Made by a program: the position numbers and the translations under genes. From IMG/VR virus record IMGVR_UViG_3300020205_004424, positions 1-53,673 of that record: a stretch of 53,673 nt of DNA, one strand, 5' to 3'. This stretch comes from a virus. Taxonomy: Duplodnaviria > Caudoviricetes. Below the pieces are notes generated by a model, which did not search any database, was not told the DNA's origin, and saw only the letters and a program-made list of their open reading frames with translations. Below, in pieces: positions 7,723 to 18,199 of the stretch (position 1 is its first letter; the number at the start of each line of letters is the position of its first letter).

Positions 7723-9621
7723 ATGGCAAATACAGGACTATTTAGTAGATTACAACGATTATTTTCAACTGATGTTATCATTCGTAATGAAGGAGACAAC
7801 CAATTGAAAGTATTTGATATTAACAAAATTCAAGTTTCAGGTGAATACGAAACAAATGCATTAGTAGATAGATTTAATCGCATCTATACTAATTCACATA
7901 CCTCAATTTATGGATATCAAAGCAGCTTTAATTACCAAACTTTACGCCCCACACTTTATTCCGAATATGATTCAATGGATACAGATGCTATCATTGCTTC
8001 TGCCTTAGATATCTTAGCTGATGAAAGTACTTTACGTAATGATATGGGTGAAGTATTACAGATCCGTAGCTCAGATGAGGATGTACAAAAAATTCTATAC
8101 AATTTATTTTACGATGTATTAAATGTAGAATTTAACCTATGGCCTTGGATTCGTAACATGTTGAAATATGGTGATTTCTTCTTAAAACTAGAAATCGCTG
8201 AGAAATTTGGTGTGTACAATGTAATTCCTTACAACGCATTCCATATCGAAAGACAAGATGGATACGATAAAGACCATCCAAATTCAGTACGTTTCCGTTT
8301 TGATCCTGATGGTATTTCATCTCCTTCTGACTATGGTTACTATAATGTACCAAACTCGGGTGGTCAAGCTAATTCAATTTATTTTGACAACTATGAAATG
8401 GCTCACTTCCGTTTATTAACGGATACTAACTTTTTACCTTATGGTAGATCATATTTAGAGCCTGCTCGTAAATTGTTTAAACAATATGTTATGATGGAAG
8501 ATGCGATGTTAATTCACCGTATCGTTCGTGCACCTGAAAAACGTATTTTTTATATTAACGTTGGAAATATTGCACCTGCTGAGGTAGAAAACTTCATGCA
8601 GAAGACAATTTCCAAAATGAAACGTACTCCATATATTGACCAAAATACTGGTGACTATAACTTGAAGTACAATATGCAAAACCTACTTGAAGACTTCTAC
8701 ATCCCAGTACGTGGAAATGATCAAGCAACTAAAATTGACAATTTAGCAGGTTTGCAATGGCAAGGTATTGAGGACGTTACTTACTTACGTGATAAATTAT
8801 TTGCTGCCCTTAAGGTGCCTAAAGCGTTTATGGGCTATGAAAAAGATTTAACAGGTAAAGCTACGTTGGCTGCTGAAGACATTCGTTTTGCGCGCACTAT
8901 TGAGCGTATTCAACGTATTGTAGTATCTGAGTTAACTAAAATTGCTTTGGTTCACTTATATTCTCAAGGATATCGTGACGAGAGTATGACAAACTTTGAA
9001 TTATCATTAACTACCCCTTCTATCATTTATGATCAAGAACGTGTAGCATTAATGAAAGAAAAAGTTGATTTGGCTGCTCAAATGATGGAAAATAAATTAC
9101 TTCCAACTGACTGGATCTATGAAAACTTATTCCACTTGAGTGAAGATCAATATGATGAATATAGAGACTTGCTTTTACAAGATGCTAAACGTAAATTCCG
9201 TATTGCTCAAATTGAAAATGAAGGTAATGATCCATTAGAAACAGGTAAATCTTACGGTACCCCACACGATCTAGCTTCTTTATATGGTAGAGGTAGATAT
9301 GAAGCAACTAACGTACCTTTAGGATATGATGAAGATGCTGATTTAGGTCGCCCTGAAGAAAAAGTAACTGATAAAAATACACAAGATAATGCCCTTGGAA
9401 AAGACAGAATCGGCTCAGATGGTATTAAAAAAGATGGAGACGAATCAGATTCTATTAGACCTCAATTCAAAGGTGGCAGCCCATTGGCACTTGAAACTAA
9501 AGGAAAACCAAATCCAAATAAGAGAATGTTCAATGACATTAAAAATCAACACAAACAAATGATTTTTGAATCAGACATTAGAGGAAATTCACTATTGGAT
9601 GAATCACAGATACGAGAGTAA
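7723..9621 (+). CDS. portal protein (T4 gp20-like)
   Basis: MEDAMLIHRIVRAPEKRIFYI.VGN, EDFYIPVR, LFAALKVP; directly follows the terminase. Confidence 0.93.
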   Translation: MANTGLFSRLQRLFSTDVIIRNEGDNQLKVFDINKIQVSGEYETNALVDRFNRIYTNSHTSIYGYQSSFNYQTLRPTLYSEYDSMDTDAIIASALDILADESTLRNDMGEVLQIRSSDEDVQKILYNLFYDVLNVEFNLWPWIRNMLKYGDFFLKLEIAEKFGVYNVIPYNAFHIERQDGYDKDHPNSVRFRFDPDGISSPSDYGYYNVPNSGGQANSIYFDNYEMAHFRLLTDTNFLPYGRSYLEPARKLFKQYVMMEDAMLIHRIVRAPEKRIFYINVGNIAPAEVENFMQKTISKMKRTPYIDQNTGDYNLKYNMQNLLEDFYIPVRGNDQATKIDNLAGLQWQGIEDVTYLRDKLFAALKVPKAFMGYEKDLTGKATLAAEDIRFARTIERIQRIVVSELTKIALVHLYSQGYRDESMTNFELSLTTPSIIYDQERVALMKEKVDLAAQMMENKLLPTDWIYENLFHLSEDQYDEYRDLLLQDAKRKFRIAQIENEGNDPLETGKSYGTPHDLASLYGRGRYEATNVPLGYDEDADLGRPEEKVTDKNTQDNALGKDRIGSDGIKKDGDESDSIRPQFKGGSPLALETKGKPNPNKRMFNDIKNQHKQMIFESDIRGNSLLDESQIRE

Positions 9622-9660
9622 GGAAATCTTATATATTTATAAATAAACAAATATTACAGA

Positions 9661-10518
9661 ATGCAAGTCAAACATTCAAAGTATAAAAACACGGGTATCC
9701 TCTTTGAACTTTTAGTTCGACAGATCACTACCGATACACTGGACGGTAAGGATTCCCCGGCAAAAGATATACTGAAAAAATATTTCGTTAAATCGGAATT
9801 GGGTCGTGAGTACAAGTTATACGAAACTTTGTTGAAAAAAACTTCATTGACTGAAGGTAAAGCAAACTTAGTAGTTAGCACACTAATTGATTCCTCTAAA
9901 ACATTAAATAGAGGAGCAATCAAACGTCAAAAATATAACTTGATTAGTGAAATTCAAAAACACTATGACCTAAACGAATTTTTTAACCACAAGTTACCTA
10001 ACTATAAAGTATTTGCTGCATTCTATACACTAGTAGAAATGGCAAATGCTAACCAAAATACTGATCCTGAACAAGCGATCAATAATAAGGTAACTATTTT
10101 AGAGCATTTAACAGCTGCTCAAGTTAAAGTAGGTAAAGTTCGTGACGAGGTAATGAACGAATTTGAACATGCTGATAAAGATGTTCGTTTGTTAGCCTAT
10201 AAAATGGTATTGGAAAATTTCAATACAAAATACGACGATCTTCATCCACGTCAAAAAGAAATTCTTAAAGAATTTATCACATCTGTTGATAATACATCTC
10301 GCTTAAAAGATTTTTATACAACAAAAGTTGTAGAAATTAAAGAAGAGTTAACTCAATTAAACTCCAAAACCAAAAGCGAAACAACCAAAATCAAAATCAA
10401 CGAAATTATCAACATTATTCAGGTGCCAGCTAAAACAGCTAAAATTACCGATAATGACCTAGTTGATTTGTTACAGTACTATGATTTAATTAATGAATTG
10501 GAAACTGTAAATGGATAA
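9661..10518 (+). CDS. hypothetical head-assembly protein
   Basis: 285-aa helical ORF between portal and protease, behind the late motif. Confidence 0.6.
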   Translation: MQVKHSKYKNTGILFELLVRQITTDTLDGKDSPAKDILKKYFVKSELGREYKLYETLLKKTSLTEGKANLVVSTLIDSSKTLNRGAIKRQKYNLISEIQKHYDLNEFFNHKLPNYKVFAAFYTLVEMANANQNTDPEQAINNKVTILEHLTAAQVKVGKVRDEVMNEFEHADKDVRLLAYKMVLENFNTKYDDLHPRQKEILKEFITSVDNTSRLKDFYTTKVVEIKEELTQLNSKTKSETTKIKINEIINIIQVPAKTAKITDNDLVDLLQYYDLINELETVNG

Positions 10519-11005
10519 ACTTAAAGAAATAATTCGTAAAAAACTCAAAGAAATGAGTTCTACCGGTGCTGGTGGTGCTTCATTTTCTGCTGGTCAAGGT
10601 GAAGGATATGCTACTCCAAAGGCGTTCAAAAAAGTAAATGAAGGTCCTGGAGCTACGTTAGGGCCTGGTCCTGCTGCAGGTTCTGAAGGGGTTAAAGATA
10701 ATTACTATATTAAAGCCTTCAAATACAAATTAGTTCCAAAAAATCCAAAACCAAAGTCATTTGATATTAAAAAACTTTGGGAAGATGACACACTAAACGA
10801 AATGAATGACGTTCAAAAAAGACGTATCGCTTCGTTAGATGAAATCGAAAAATTAATGAATGAAATTCAACCACTTGTTTCAAATGCTAAAAACGAAACA
10901 ATTGAATTATATGGTGGAAACGCTGGTTCATATGATATAAACAAACCAATCGAAATAGTTTTAAGCTATTTAAAAGAAATAAAACAACTCTTATCAGAAA
11001 ACTAA
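10511..11005 (+). CDS. hypothetical head-region protein with MDKLKEIIRKKLKE leader
   Basis: 164 aa; LKE/VNE/LWE/LNE sites. Confidence 0.65.
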   Translation: MDKLKEIIRKKLKEMSSTGAGGASFSAGQGEGYATPKAFKKVNEGPGATLGPGPAAGSEGVKDNYYIKAFKYKLVPKNPKPKSFDIKKLWEDDTLNEMNDVQKRRIASLDEIEKLMNEIQPLVSNAKNETIELYGGNAGSYDINKPIEIVLSYLKEIKQLLSEN

Positions 11006-13035
11006 TGAAAAAGACATTACAAGATCAGTATTTGTTAATCAAAGAAGGTAAAGGACACGTTGGTGTTTTCCTTACAGAGGCAAAACGTCAATTTCCAAAT
11101 ATCGTACGTAACGCTGCTACGTTTGACGAAGCTGTAGCATCACTTAAAACTAAAAATATCATTTCTGAGAATGTTATTTCGGTAATGCCTGCGATTATGG
11201 ATCGTCCTAAAAAAGAATCTTATGAAACTGCATTCGAAGCGTTTTTAGCTGAAGCTAAAAAGAAAGAAAACGAAGACGAGAAAGTTAAAGCAGAGGAAAA
11301 AAAAGTTTCTAAACCTGTTGAAAAAGATCTTGAACATAACTACGATTATTCAGATGAAAAAAACCCTGATAATATGATCTTTGATCAAATTATGACAGGT
11401 TATTATGCTGAAATGAAAGATCCTAAAAATGCTGATAAAACAATGCAGCAGTTAAAGGATATCGTGTTTAAAAATTTAGCAAAAGATCCAATTTACTATA
11501 CAAAAAATGGTCAATTCGGTATTAAAGATTTAGGCTATACAATGGATGTACCTGGTTTAGGTGAGCCAAAAGAAGCTAAAGGCAAATACAAATCTTCTGG
11601 TTACGGTGATTTGAAAGAATCTAAAGAAACTGAAGATGATCTTAAATCAAAATTAATTAACATGGGAGTTAGTCCTATGGTAGTTGATTCTATTGCTAAA
11701 TCTAAAGGTATAGAAGGATTGAAAGACCGACTTAAAGAAAAACTTAAAGAAGGTGAAGTAGAATACTACGATGGTGATGAGGAAGAAGAAGTAAAGGATG
11801 TTCGTGATATGAGTTGGACAAAAGGCTTTACTAAAGAAGAACAAACATTACGCGAAGTAATTCGTGAAATGATTGATGCTGAATTAGAAGAAGCATATCA
11901 ATTAGTAAACATCAACCCTGTAAAAAGCGATAAAGAAAGAAATGAAAGAGATCCACAACCTTTCAAAACTACCTATATCGATCCTGAAGTAATCGATTCA
12001 CTTAGAAAAAATCAACACTTAAGAATCTTAAGAAGCCCATCTAATCCTGAAGAAATTGCAGGTATTGCTATTCGTGCTAGATTGATTCCTACATCTTCTA
12101 AAAATTTAGGCAAAACAACCGATAACCTAGGCAAATTAGGCATCGATATCCCTTCAGATTTAAAAAACTATTTAACTGATACTAACAATATCGGAGGAGA
12201 AAAACAATTGCCAACAAAAGAAGGAGTTGCTGAATTGTATAAACTTCTTAACAACGCTACTTTGAACCAAAACGGAAGTTTGGTGATTAAAGTACCAAAT
12301 CCAAATTATGTAAAAGAAGGTGTTCTTGGTGTTCGAGATAATGATGTTAATTATAACCCCCCTCTATCTCTCCCAGTATCATATAGTGATGATAAAAATG
12401 TAGCTCATTATTCTGATGATGATAGATATAGTAGTCAAGAAGATCGTTTAGATGTTGAAGACTATTTTGAACAAATACAAGGAATGTCTGATGGAGATGC
12501 ATTTGATTATTTAGGAGAACTTGGATTAGAAAGAGATGAAATTTTAACTGTTTTAAAATCCCGTAAATCATCTTTACGTGAAAGTGTAGAAAAAGATCTA
12601 GCTGATATCAACAAAGAAGCAGAACATGAAGTACTACAAGCTAAATTAGATAAAATTGACGCTTTAATCGACCACAGACGTTCAAAACTTGGTAAACTTG
12701 ATGAGGATGAGGATATGAAAGCCTTAACCGACAAGAAAAAAGTAAAAGAACTTGAAAAAGACATTAAAAAACTAGAAGTAGCTCGTAAAAAAATCGAGAA
12801 AATGATGTCGAAATTCAAAGGCAAAAAAGCAGCTTCTAAAGAAGTAATTGACGAAGATGAAACTCCAATTGAAGCATCTGAAGAATATCTTCAATATAAA
12901 GAAGATGCTGAGCGTCGTTACGATGAAGGAGAAGACATTGATTCAATCATTGACACATACACCAATATTTCCTTAGACATGAAAAACATGTTACGTGATG
13001 ATCTCGAAGGAAAAGCAGACGGAATGGATTACTAA
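11005..13035 (+). CDS. large acidic modular head/core protein
   Basis: 676 aa immediately upstream of the prohead protease; segments bounded by LKE/LRE/LEE/VKE. Confidence 0.65.
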   Translation: MKKTLQDQYLLIKEGKGHVGVFLTEAKRQFPNIVRNAATFDEAVASLKTKNIISENVISVMPAIMDRPKKESYETAFEAFLAEAKKKENEDEKVKAEEKKVSKPVEKDLEHNYDYSDEKNPDNMIFDQIMTGYYAEMKDPKNADKTMQQLKDIVFKNLAKDPIYYTKNGQFGIKDLGYTMDVPGLGEPKEAKGKYKSSGYGDLKESKETEDDLKSKLINMGVSPMVVDSIAKSKGIEGLKDRLKEKLKEGEVEYYDGDEEEEVKDVRDMSWTKGFTKEEQTLREVIREMIDAELEEAYQLVNINPVKSDKERNERDPQPFKTTYIDPEVIDSLRKNQHLRILRSPSNPEEIAGIAIRARLIPTSSKNLGKTTDNLGKLGIDIPSDLKNYLTDTNNIGGEKQLPTKEGVAELYKLLNNATLNQNGSLVIKVPNPNYVKEGVLGVRDNDVNYNPPLSLPVSYSDDKNVAHYSDDDRYSSQEDRLDVEDYFEQIQGMSDGDAFDYLGELGLERDEILTVLKSRKSSLRESVEKDLADINKEAEHEVLQAKLDKIDALIDHRRSKLGKLDEDEDMKALTDKKKVKELEKDIKKLEVARKKIEKMMSKFKGKKAASKEVIDEDETPIEASEEYLQYKEDAERRYDEGEDIDSIIDTYTNISLDMKNMLRDDLEGKADGMDY

Positions 13036-13036
13036 G

Positions 13037-13669
13037 ATGAGCAAGCAACTATTAATAGAAACCAGACATTTTGATCCAAAACCAATGAAATTGGTTGAGG
13101 GTATGAGCAAAAGCGGTAACGTTTTTGTTGAAGGGATATTGGCTACTGTAGAAGTAAAAAATGGTAATGGTCGCTATTACAAACGTGAATTGTGGGAACG
13201 TGAAATTGACAATTTTACACGCAAAATTCAAATGAAATCTACCGAAACGGTAGGTGAGTTAGACCATCCTGATTCGCAAGTAATCAACCTTAAAAACGCA
13301 TCACATGCCATTCGTGAAGTATGGTGGAGAGGTGATGAAATTTGGGGTAAAGTAGAAATTTTCTCTGATATGGGTGATCTAGGCACTTCATCAGGTCGTA
13401 TTGCTGGTGCATTAGTTAAAAATGGCTTAATCATTGGTATTTCTTCTCGTGGGATGGGTTCATTAAAACAAATGGGTGAAGTAATGGAAGTACAAGATGA
13501 CTTTGAATTACTTACTTGGGATTTAGTTTCTAACCCATCTAACCCAGATTCATGGATGAAAAACGGTGCATTAAACGAATCAAGAACAACATATCTAGAT
13601 CAATACGCACGCACAAACTCACTTATTACCGAAATTTTATGTGCTAAAGGCACATGCCCTATATTTTAA
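13037..13669 (+). CDS. prohead protease (T4 gp21-like)
   Basis: NGNGRYY, GELDHP, GISSRGMGSL, WDLVSNPS; ATG 13037 preferred. Confidence 0.93.
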   Translation: MSKQLLIETRHFDPKPMKLVEGMSKSGNVFVEGILATVEVKNGNGRYYKRELWEREIDNFTRKIQMKSTETVGELDHPDSQVINLKNASHAIREVWWRGDEIWGKVEIFSDMGDLGTSSGRIAGALVKNGLIIGISSRGMGSLKQMGEVMEVQDDFELLTWDLVSNPSNPDSWMKNGALNESRTTYLDQYARTNSLITEILCAKGTCPIF

Positions 13670-13691
13670 AATATGCAAACCGGTGAAAATT

Positions 13692-13717
13692 AGCCCTCTT
13701 TTTGAGGGCTTTTTTTT
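13692..13717 (+). terminator. intrinsic terminator
   Basis: AGCCCTC-ttttt-GAGGGCT followed by a T run. Confidence 0.8.
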
Positions 13718-13857
13718 ACTTTGCGACTTTAGTAATATAACAATATACATATAATACGAATATGCCACCCCCCCTCATATCTTATGTGGCATCGATATAA
13801 AAAAATCTATTACGTTTCTCAATAAACGTACTTTCCCAACAACTTAATTTAGGAAAA

Positions 13858-15138
13858 ATGGCAACAAACAGAGATTTGCTTAAAGAAGCAATCGCAGATG
13901 CTAAAGCTGTTAAAGAAACTGCTATCGCAAATGCAAAAGCCGCTCTAGAAGAAGCCTTCACACCTCAATTACAATCAATGTTCGCTGCAAAGCTTCAAGA
14001 AATGGAAAAAGAAGAAATGGAAGAAATGGAAGACAAAATGTACGAAATGGAAGACAAAGATTCTATGGAAGAAGCTGAAGACAAAGACATGATGGAAATT
14101 GATTTAGAAGAGCTTTTAGCTGAGCTAAATGAAGAAGAGGAAGAAATGGAAGAATCTTTAAACGAAGCCGAAGAAGAAGAAGCTGAAGACGTAGAAATGT
14201 CTGATGAAGAATCTGAAGAAGGTGAAGAAGAAGGTGAACCAATCGACCTCGAAGACATGACAGATGAAGATCTTAAAGACATCATTGAAGATGTAATTAA
14301 AGACATGATCGCGTCAGGTGAACTCGAAGCTGGTCACGAAGGTGAAGAAGGCGAAGAGGAAGAAGAAGTAGGCATGGAAGATGAGGAAGAAATCGACCTA
14401 GCAGAATTGTTAAAAGAAATCGAAGAAATGGAAGAAATGGAAGAACCAATTGATGAACTTTTCGGATTAGGAAACAAAGAACAAAAAATCATGGGTCAAC
14501 TTTTAGATTTTTTCTCTAAAGAAGGAAGAAATATTGAAGGTGCCTCTGAACTTGTAAAATTAGATCCAAAATCTGATGAATTCAAATCAAAAGTTGGAGA
14601 AATTATTCAATCTCAATCTATAACTAACGAATTAGGATCATGGGCTAAAAGAACCGGATCTAGTTTGAGAGGAATAGATGTATTGGCTAATTTCCGTAAT
14701 GCTCTTGGCTTAAAACAAACTACAAAAGCTACTGCAGGGCCTGATTCTGCAGCTGCTACATTAGGTCAGACAGCTGAGTCTATGAAAGCTGAATTAGCTG
14801 AAGCATTGAAAACTATCGAAACTCTTAAGTCTGAATTGAACGAGATCAACTTGTTGAATGCTAAACTTCTTTACACAAACAAAATCTTCAAATCTAAAAA
14901 TTTGAACGAAAACCAAAAAGTGAAAGTGTTAAGTTCTTTTGACAAAGCAACTACAGTAGGTGAAGTAAAAATGGTATTTGAAACTTTAAACGAGGGTATT
15001 AAAGTTAAAAAAGAAACCATTAAAGAAAACTTAGGTAGAGCTTCCAAAGCAACAGTTACACCAGTAGCTAAACAACCAATCGTAGAGTCAAACGATGCAT
15101 TCTTACGTATGCAAAAATTGGCTGGAATTATTAAGTAA
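13858..15138 (+). CDS. prohead scaffold/core protein
   Basis: Very acidic coiled-coil protein between protease and capsid genes; C-terminus LRMQKLAGIIK. Confidence 0.8.
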   Translation: MATNRDLLKEAIADAKAVKETAIANAKAALEEAFTPQLQSMFAAKLQEMEKEEMEEMEDKMYEMEDKDSMEEAEDKDMMEIDLEELLAELNEEEEEMEESLNEAEEEEAEDVEMSDEESEEGEEEGEPIDLEDMTDEDLKDIIEDVIKDMIASGELEAGHEGEEGEEEEEVGMEDEEEIDLAELLKEIEEMEEMEEPIDELFGLGNKEQKIMGQLLDFFSKEGRNIEGASELVKLDPKSDEFKSKVGEIIQSQSITNELGSWAKRTGSSLRGIDVLANFRNALGLKQTTKATAGPDSAAATLGQTAESMKAELAEALKTIETLKSELNEINLLNAKLLYTNKIFKSKNLNENQKVKVLSSFDKATTVGEVKMVFETLNEGIKVKKETIKENLGRASKATVTPVAKQPIVESNDAFLRMQKLAGIIK

Positions 15139-15162
15139 TTAAATTTTAAATTAAACAAAAAA

Positions 15163-16884
15163 ATGTCAAACATTAATTCTCTTTTAGAAAGCGCAGCATC
15201 TGGATGGAAAAACATGCAGAGTGACGCAGCTCGTATGGCTTCAAAATGGGGTAAAACGGGTCTCTTAGAAGGATTGAATAGCGAAGTTGAAAAAAACAAC
15301 ATGGCTTTAATCCTCGAAAACCAAGCAAAACAACTTGTTGTTGAGCAATCTTCAAACGGTGTAGGTGGTGCTTCTTTTACTGCTGGTCAAGGTGAGCAGT
15401 GGGCTGGTGTAGCTCTTCCATTGGTACGTAAAGTATTTGGTTCTTTATCATCTAAAGAATTCGTTTCTGTACAACCAATGAATTTGCCTTCTGGTCTTGT
15501 ATTCTTCTTGGATTTCCAATATGGTGATACAAACGGAAAAGTTGCTCCTAATGGTCCTTTCGGTCCTGGTGGAAATGCTTACGGTGCTACTTCATCTATG
15601 TACGGTAATACAAACCCTGGAACTGCAGCTGATGCTTCACAAGGTCTTTACGGTGCAGGTCGTTTCGCTTATTCAGTTAACCAATTCTCAGCTTCTTTAG
15701 CTACAACTGTAGCTGCTGCAACTTGGGCAGATGTTGAATACAACTCAGAATTATCTGCATCTTTGGCTAACTACTACAAAATTACCTATACTGTAGGTAC
15801 AGGTACTAATGCCCCACGCCCTGACTTTAAAGGTGTTCGTGCATTCGTTCCAGCTTCAGGTTCAGGTGTTCTTTCATTAGGTGCTGTATACGATCGTTTA
15901 TTACCACAGTATACTACTACTAATGGTTCAACTACTGTTACATTTGTAATTTCTGGTTCTGGTGCAATCACTAACATGGCTAACCTACCTTCAGGTTCAA
16001 CTAACACATTGTTCTACAATGTTCAACCTGCTGATAATTACCGTGGTGATTTCGAAGATAATAGCGGTGCTGGTTACCCTAACGCTGATTCTACATCTGC
16101 AGACCAATTAGCTATTCCACAGATCAATATCCAAATGAAATCTGAGGCTATTGTTGCTAAAACTCGTAAGTTGAAAGCACAATGGACACCAGAATTCGCT
16201 CAAGATTTAAACGCATACCAATCTTTGGATGCTGAAGCTGAATTGACTTCAATCATGAGTGAGTACATCGCATTGGAAATTGACCTCGAAGTAATCGATA
16301 TGTTGATCCAAGACGCATCTGCATGGGATGAGTGGTGGTCAGTTAAAAACAACACTGCGTTGAATATTGCTGGTAGCCCATCTAACTCTGGTAATCCATA
16401 TACAGATCTTGGTTTCTTCAATACACAAGGTCAGTGGTTCCAAACTTTAGGTACTAAAATGCAAAAAGTTAGTAACAAAATTCACCAAAAGACTTTACGT
16501 GGTGGTGCAAACTTCATCGTAACTTCTCCAAACGTAGCTACAATTCTTGAGTCTATCCCAGGATTTGCTTCTAGCTCTGATGGTGATGTAACTAAAGCTA
16601 GCTACGCATTCGGTATCCAGAAAGCTGGTCAAATGAACAACCGTTACACAGTTTATAAGAACCCTTATATGACTGAAGGTTTAATGTTAATGGGTTACCG
16701 TGGTTCACAGTTCCTTGAAACAGGTGCTGTATTTGCTCCATATGTTCCATTAATCATGACTCCACTTGTGTACGATCCAGATACATTTACTCCACGTAAA
16801 GGTCTCTTGACTCGTTACGCTAAGAAAATGATCCGTCCTGAATTCTTTGGTCGTATCTACATCAATGACTTAGGTTTACTATAA
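15163..16884 (+). CDS. major capsid protein (T4 gp23-like)
   Basis: ILENQ, LPLVRKVF, VQPMNLPSGLVF, AKTRKLKAQWTPEFAQDLNA, FAPYVPL, TRY. Confidence 0.95.
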   Translation: MSNINSLLESAASGWKNMQSDAARMASKWGKTGLLEGLNSEVEKNNMALILENQAKQLVVEQSSNGVGGASFTAGQGEQWAGVALPLVRKVFGSLSSKEFVSVQPMNLPSGLVFFLDFQYGDTNGKVAPNGPFGPGGNAYGATSSMYGNTNPGTAADASQGLYGAGRFAYSVNQFSASLATTVAAATWADVEYNSELSASLANYYKITYTVGTGTNAPRPDFKGVRAFVPASGSGVLSLGAVYDRLLPQYTTTNGSTTVTFVISGSGAITNMANLPSGSTNTLFYNVQPADNYRGDFEDNSGAGYPNADSTSADQLAIPQINIQMKSEAIVAKTRKLKAQWTPEFAQDLNAYQSLDAEAELTSIMSEYIALEIDLEVIDMLIQDASAWDEWWSVKNNTALNIAGSPSNSGNPYTDLGFFNTQGQWFQTLGTKMQKVSNKIHQKTLRGGANFIVTSPNVATILESIPGFASSSDGDVTKASYAFGIQKAGQMNNRYTVYKNPYMTEGLMLMGYRGSQFLETGAVFAPYVPLIMTPLVYDPDTFTPRKGLLTRYAKKMIRPEFFGRIYINDLGLL

Positions 16885-16906
16885 TAGTAACTAATCAAAG
16901 AGTGTG

Positions 16907-16932
16907 AAGAGCCTGGCGAAAGCCAGGCTTTT
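16907..16932 (+). terminator. intrinsic terminator after the capsid gene
   Basis: AGCCTGGC-gaaa-GCCAGGCT followed by Ts. Confidence 0.8.
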
Positions 16933-16969
16933 CTATTTTCCCTCAATATTTATTATCAAATATAGTTAT

Positions 16970-17668
16970 ATGACAGATTTTAATAGAACTCCTGAAGCGC
17001 AGGATGTATTTAAAGCAAAACGCAAACCAAAAGGTCCTATCAAATTCAATATTTCATTGAATGAAGAACAGAAATCAGCCAAATCAAAAATTTTAGCAAA
17101 CACAGTAACCATATTACGTGGTAAAGCGGGTTCTGGTAAATCTTTATTAGCAGCTAATATTGCTCTTGATTTGTTATTTAGTAGAGAAATTGAGAAAATT
17201 ATTATTACTCGACCAACTGTGGTAGCAGGACAAGATATTGGATTCTTACCAGGGGATGTTAATGAAAAATTAGCCCCATTTACAGCTCCAGTATACGAAA
17301 ACATGCACCGTTTGTACAACAAAGACAAAATCGAAAAATGTATAGCAGACGGTGAAATTGAAATCGTACCTGTATCATTTATGCGAGGTAGAAACTTTAC
17401 AGATTGTTTAGTTGTAGTAGATGAAGCTCAAAACTTAACAGATAATCAAACAGAACTTTTATTAACTCGTATATGTCATGGATCTAAAATGATATTTTGT
17501 GGTGATGCTGCCCAAGTTGACTTACGAGATAAAAAAACATCAGGATTTGATGTGGTATGTAAACATATGAAAGAAGTACCTGGATTTGAGGTAGTTACAC
17601 TTGAAAAAAACCATAGACATCCAATAGTAGACGATATTTTAGAAGTATACAAATCTTTCAGAGGATAG
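16970..17668 (+). CDS. phoH: PhoH-like ATPase
   Basis: GKAGSGKS, IIITRP, GFLPGD, FMRGRNF, DEAQN, GDAAQVD; ATG 16970 preferred because the track start lies in the terminator. Confidence 0.92.
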   Translation: MTDFNRTPEAQDVFKAKRKPKGPIKFNISLNEEQKSAKSKILANTVTILRGKAGSGKSLLAANIALDLLFSREIEKIIITRPTVVAGQDIGFLPGDVNEKLAPFTAPVYENMHRLYNKDKIEKCIADGEIEIVPVSFMRGRNFTDCLVVVDEAQNLTDNQTELLLTRICHGSKMIFCGDAAQVDLRDKKTSGFDVVCKHMKEVPGFEVVTLEKNHRHPIVDDILEVYKSFRG

Positions 17669-17691
17669 CCATATTTATAAATAAAAGATAA

Positions 17692-18180
17692 ATGGCTAAT
17701 TTATATGTAACCATTACGGAAGAAATCACTCTCCCGAATACCACTACAGAAAAAACAAACGTATTTAAAACTATATCGGGGATTAATCAAATAGTTCGCC
17801 GAGTAGATACTATTGCTACTACTTTTAGTGGTTCTGGTGTTGAAATTTTACGTTTTTGTGATAGTGAAGAAGAACAAACCGGTGGGGCATTTGTAAAAGC
17901 TGATGTTCAATATGTTCGAATTACCAATTTATCAACTCAATACAATACTTCAATATATTTAATTGCTAATAATGGCAATGAAAGTGCTTTACTTAGTTTA
18001 GATCCTGGAAAAACTATTATGTTAGGTAATGCTGACATAAACACTCCATCAATTGGTGATTATGTAGTAGATGGATATGTAGATGAAACTTATTATAGTG
18101 ATTTCACATACATTAATTCAATTAAAGCCAAAGCAATTTCAGGAAGTACACAATTGGAGTATTTTGTAGCATCAACTTAA
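17692..18180 (+). CDS. putative virion structural protein
   Basis: 162-aa beta-rich ORF behind the late motif. Confidence 0.6.
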   Translation: MANLYVTITEEITLPNTTTEKTNVFKTISGINQIVRRVDTIATTFSGSGVEILRFCDSEEEQTGGAFVKADVQYVRITNLSTQYNTSIYLIANNGNESALLSLDPGKTIMLGNADINTPSIGDYVVDGYVDETYYSDFTYINSIKAKAISGSTQLEYFVAST

Positions 18181-18199
18181 TATTTATAAATAAAAGAAA

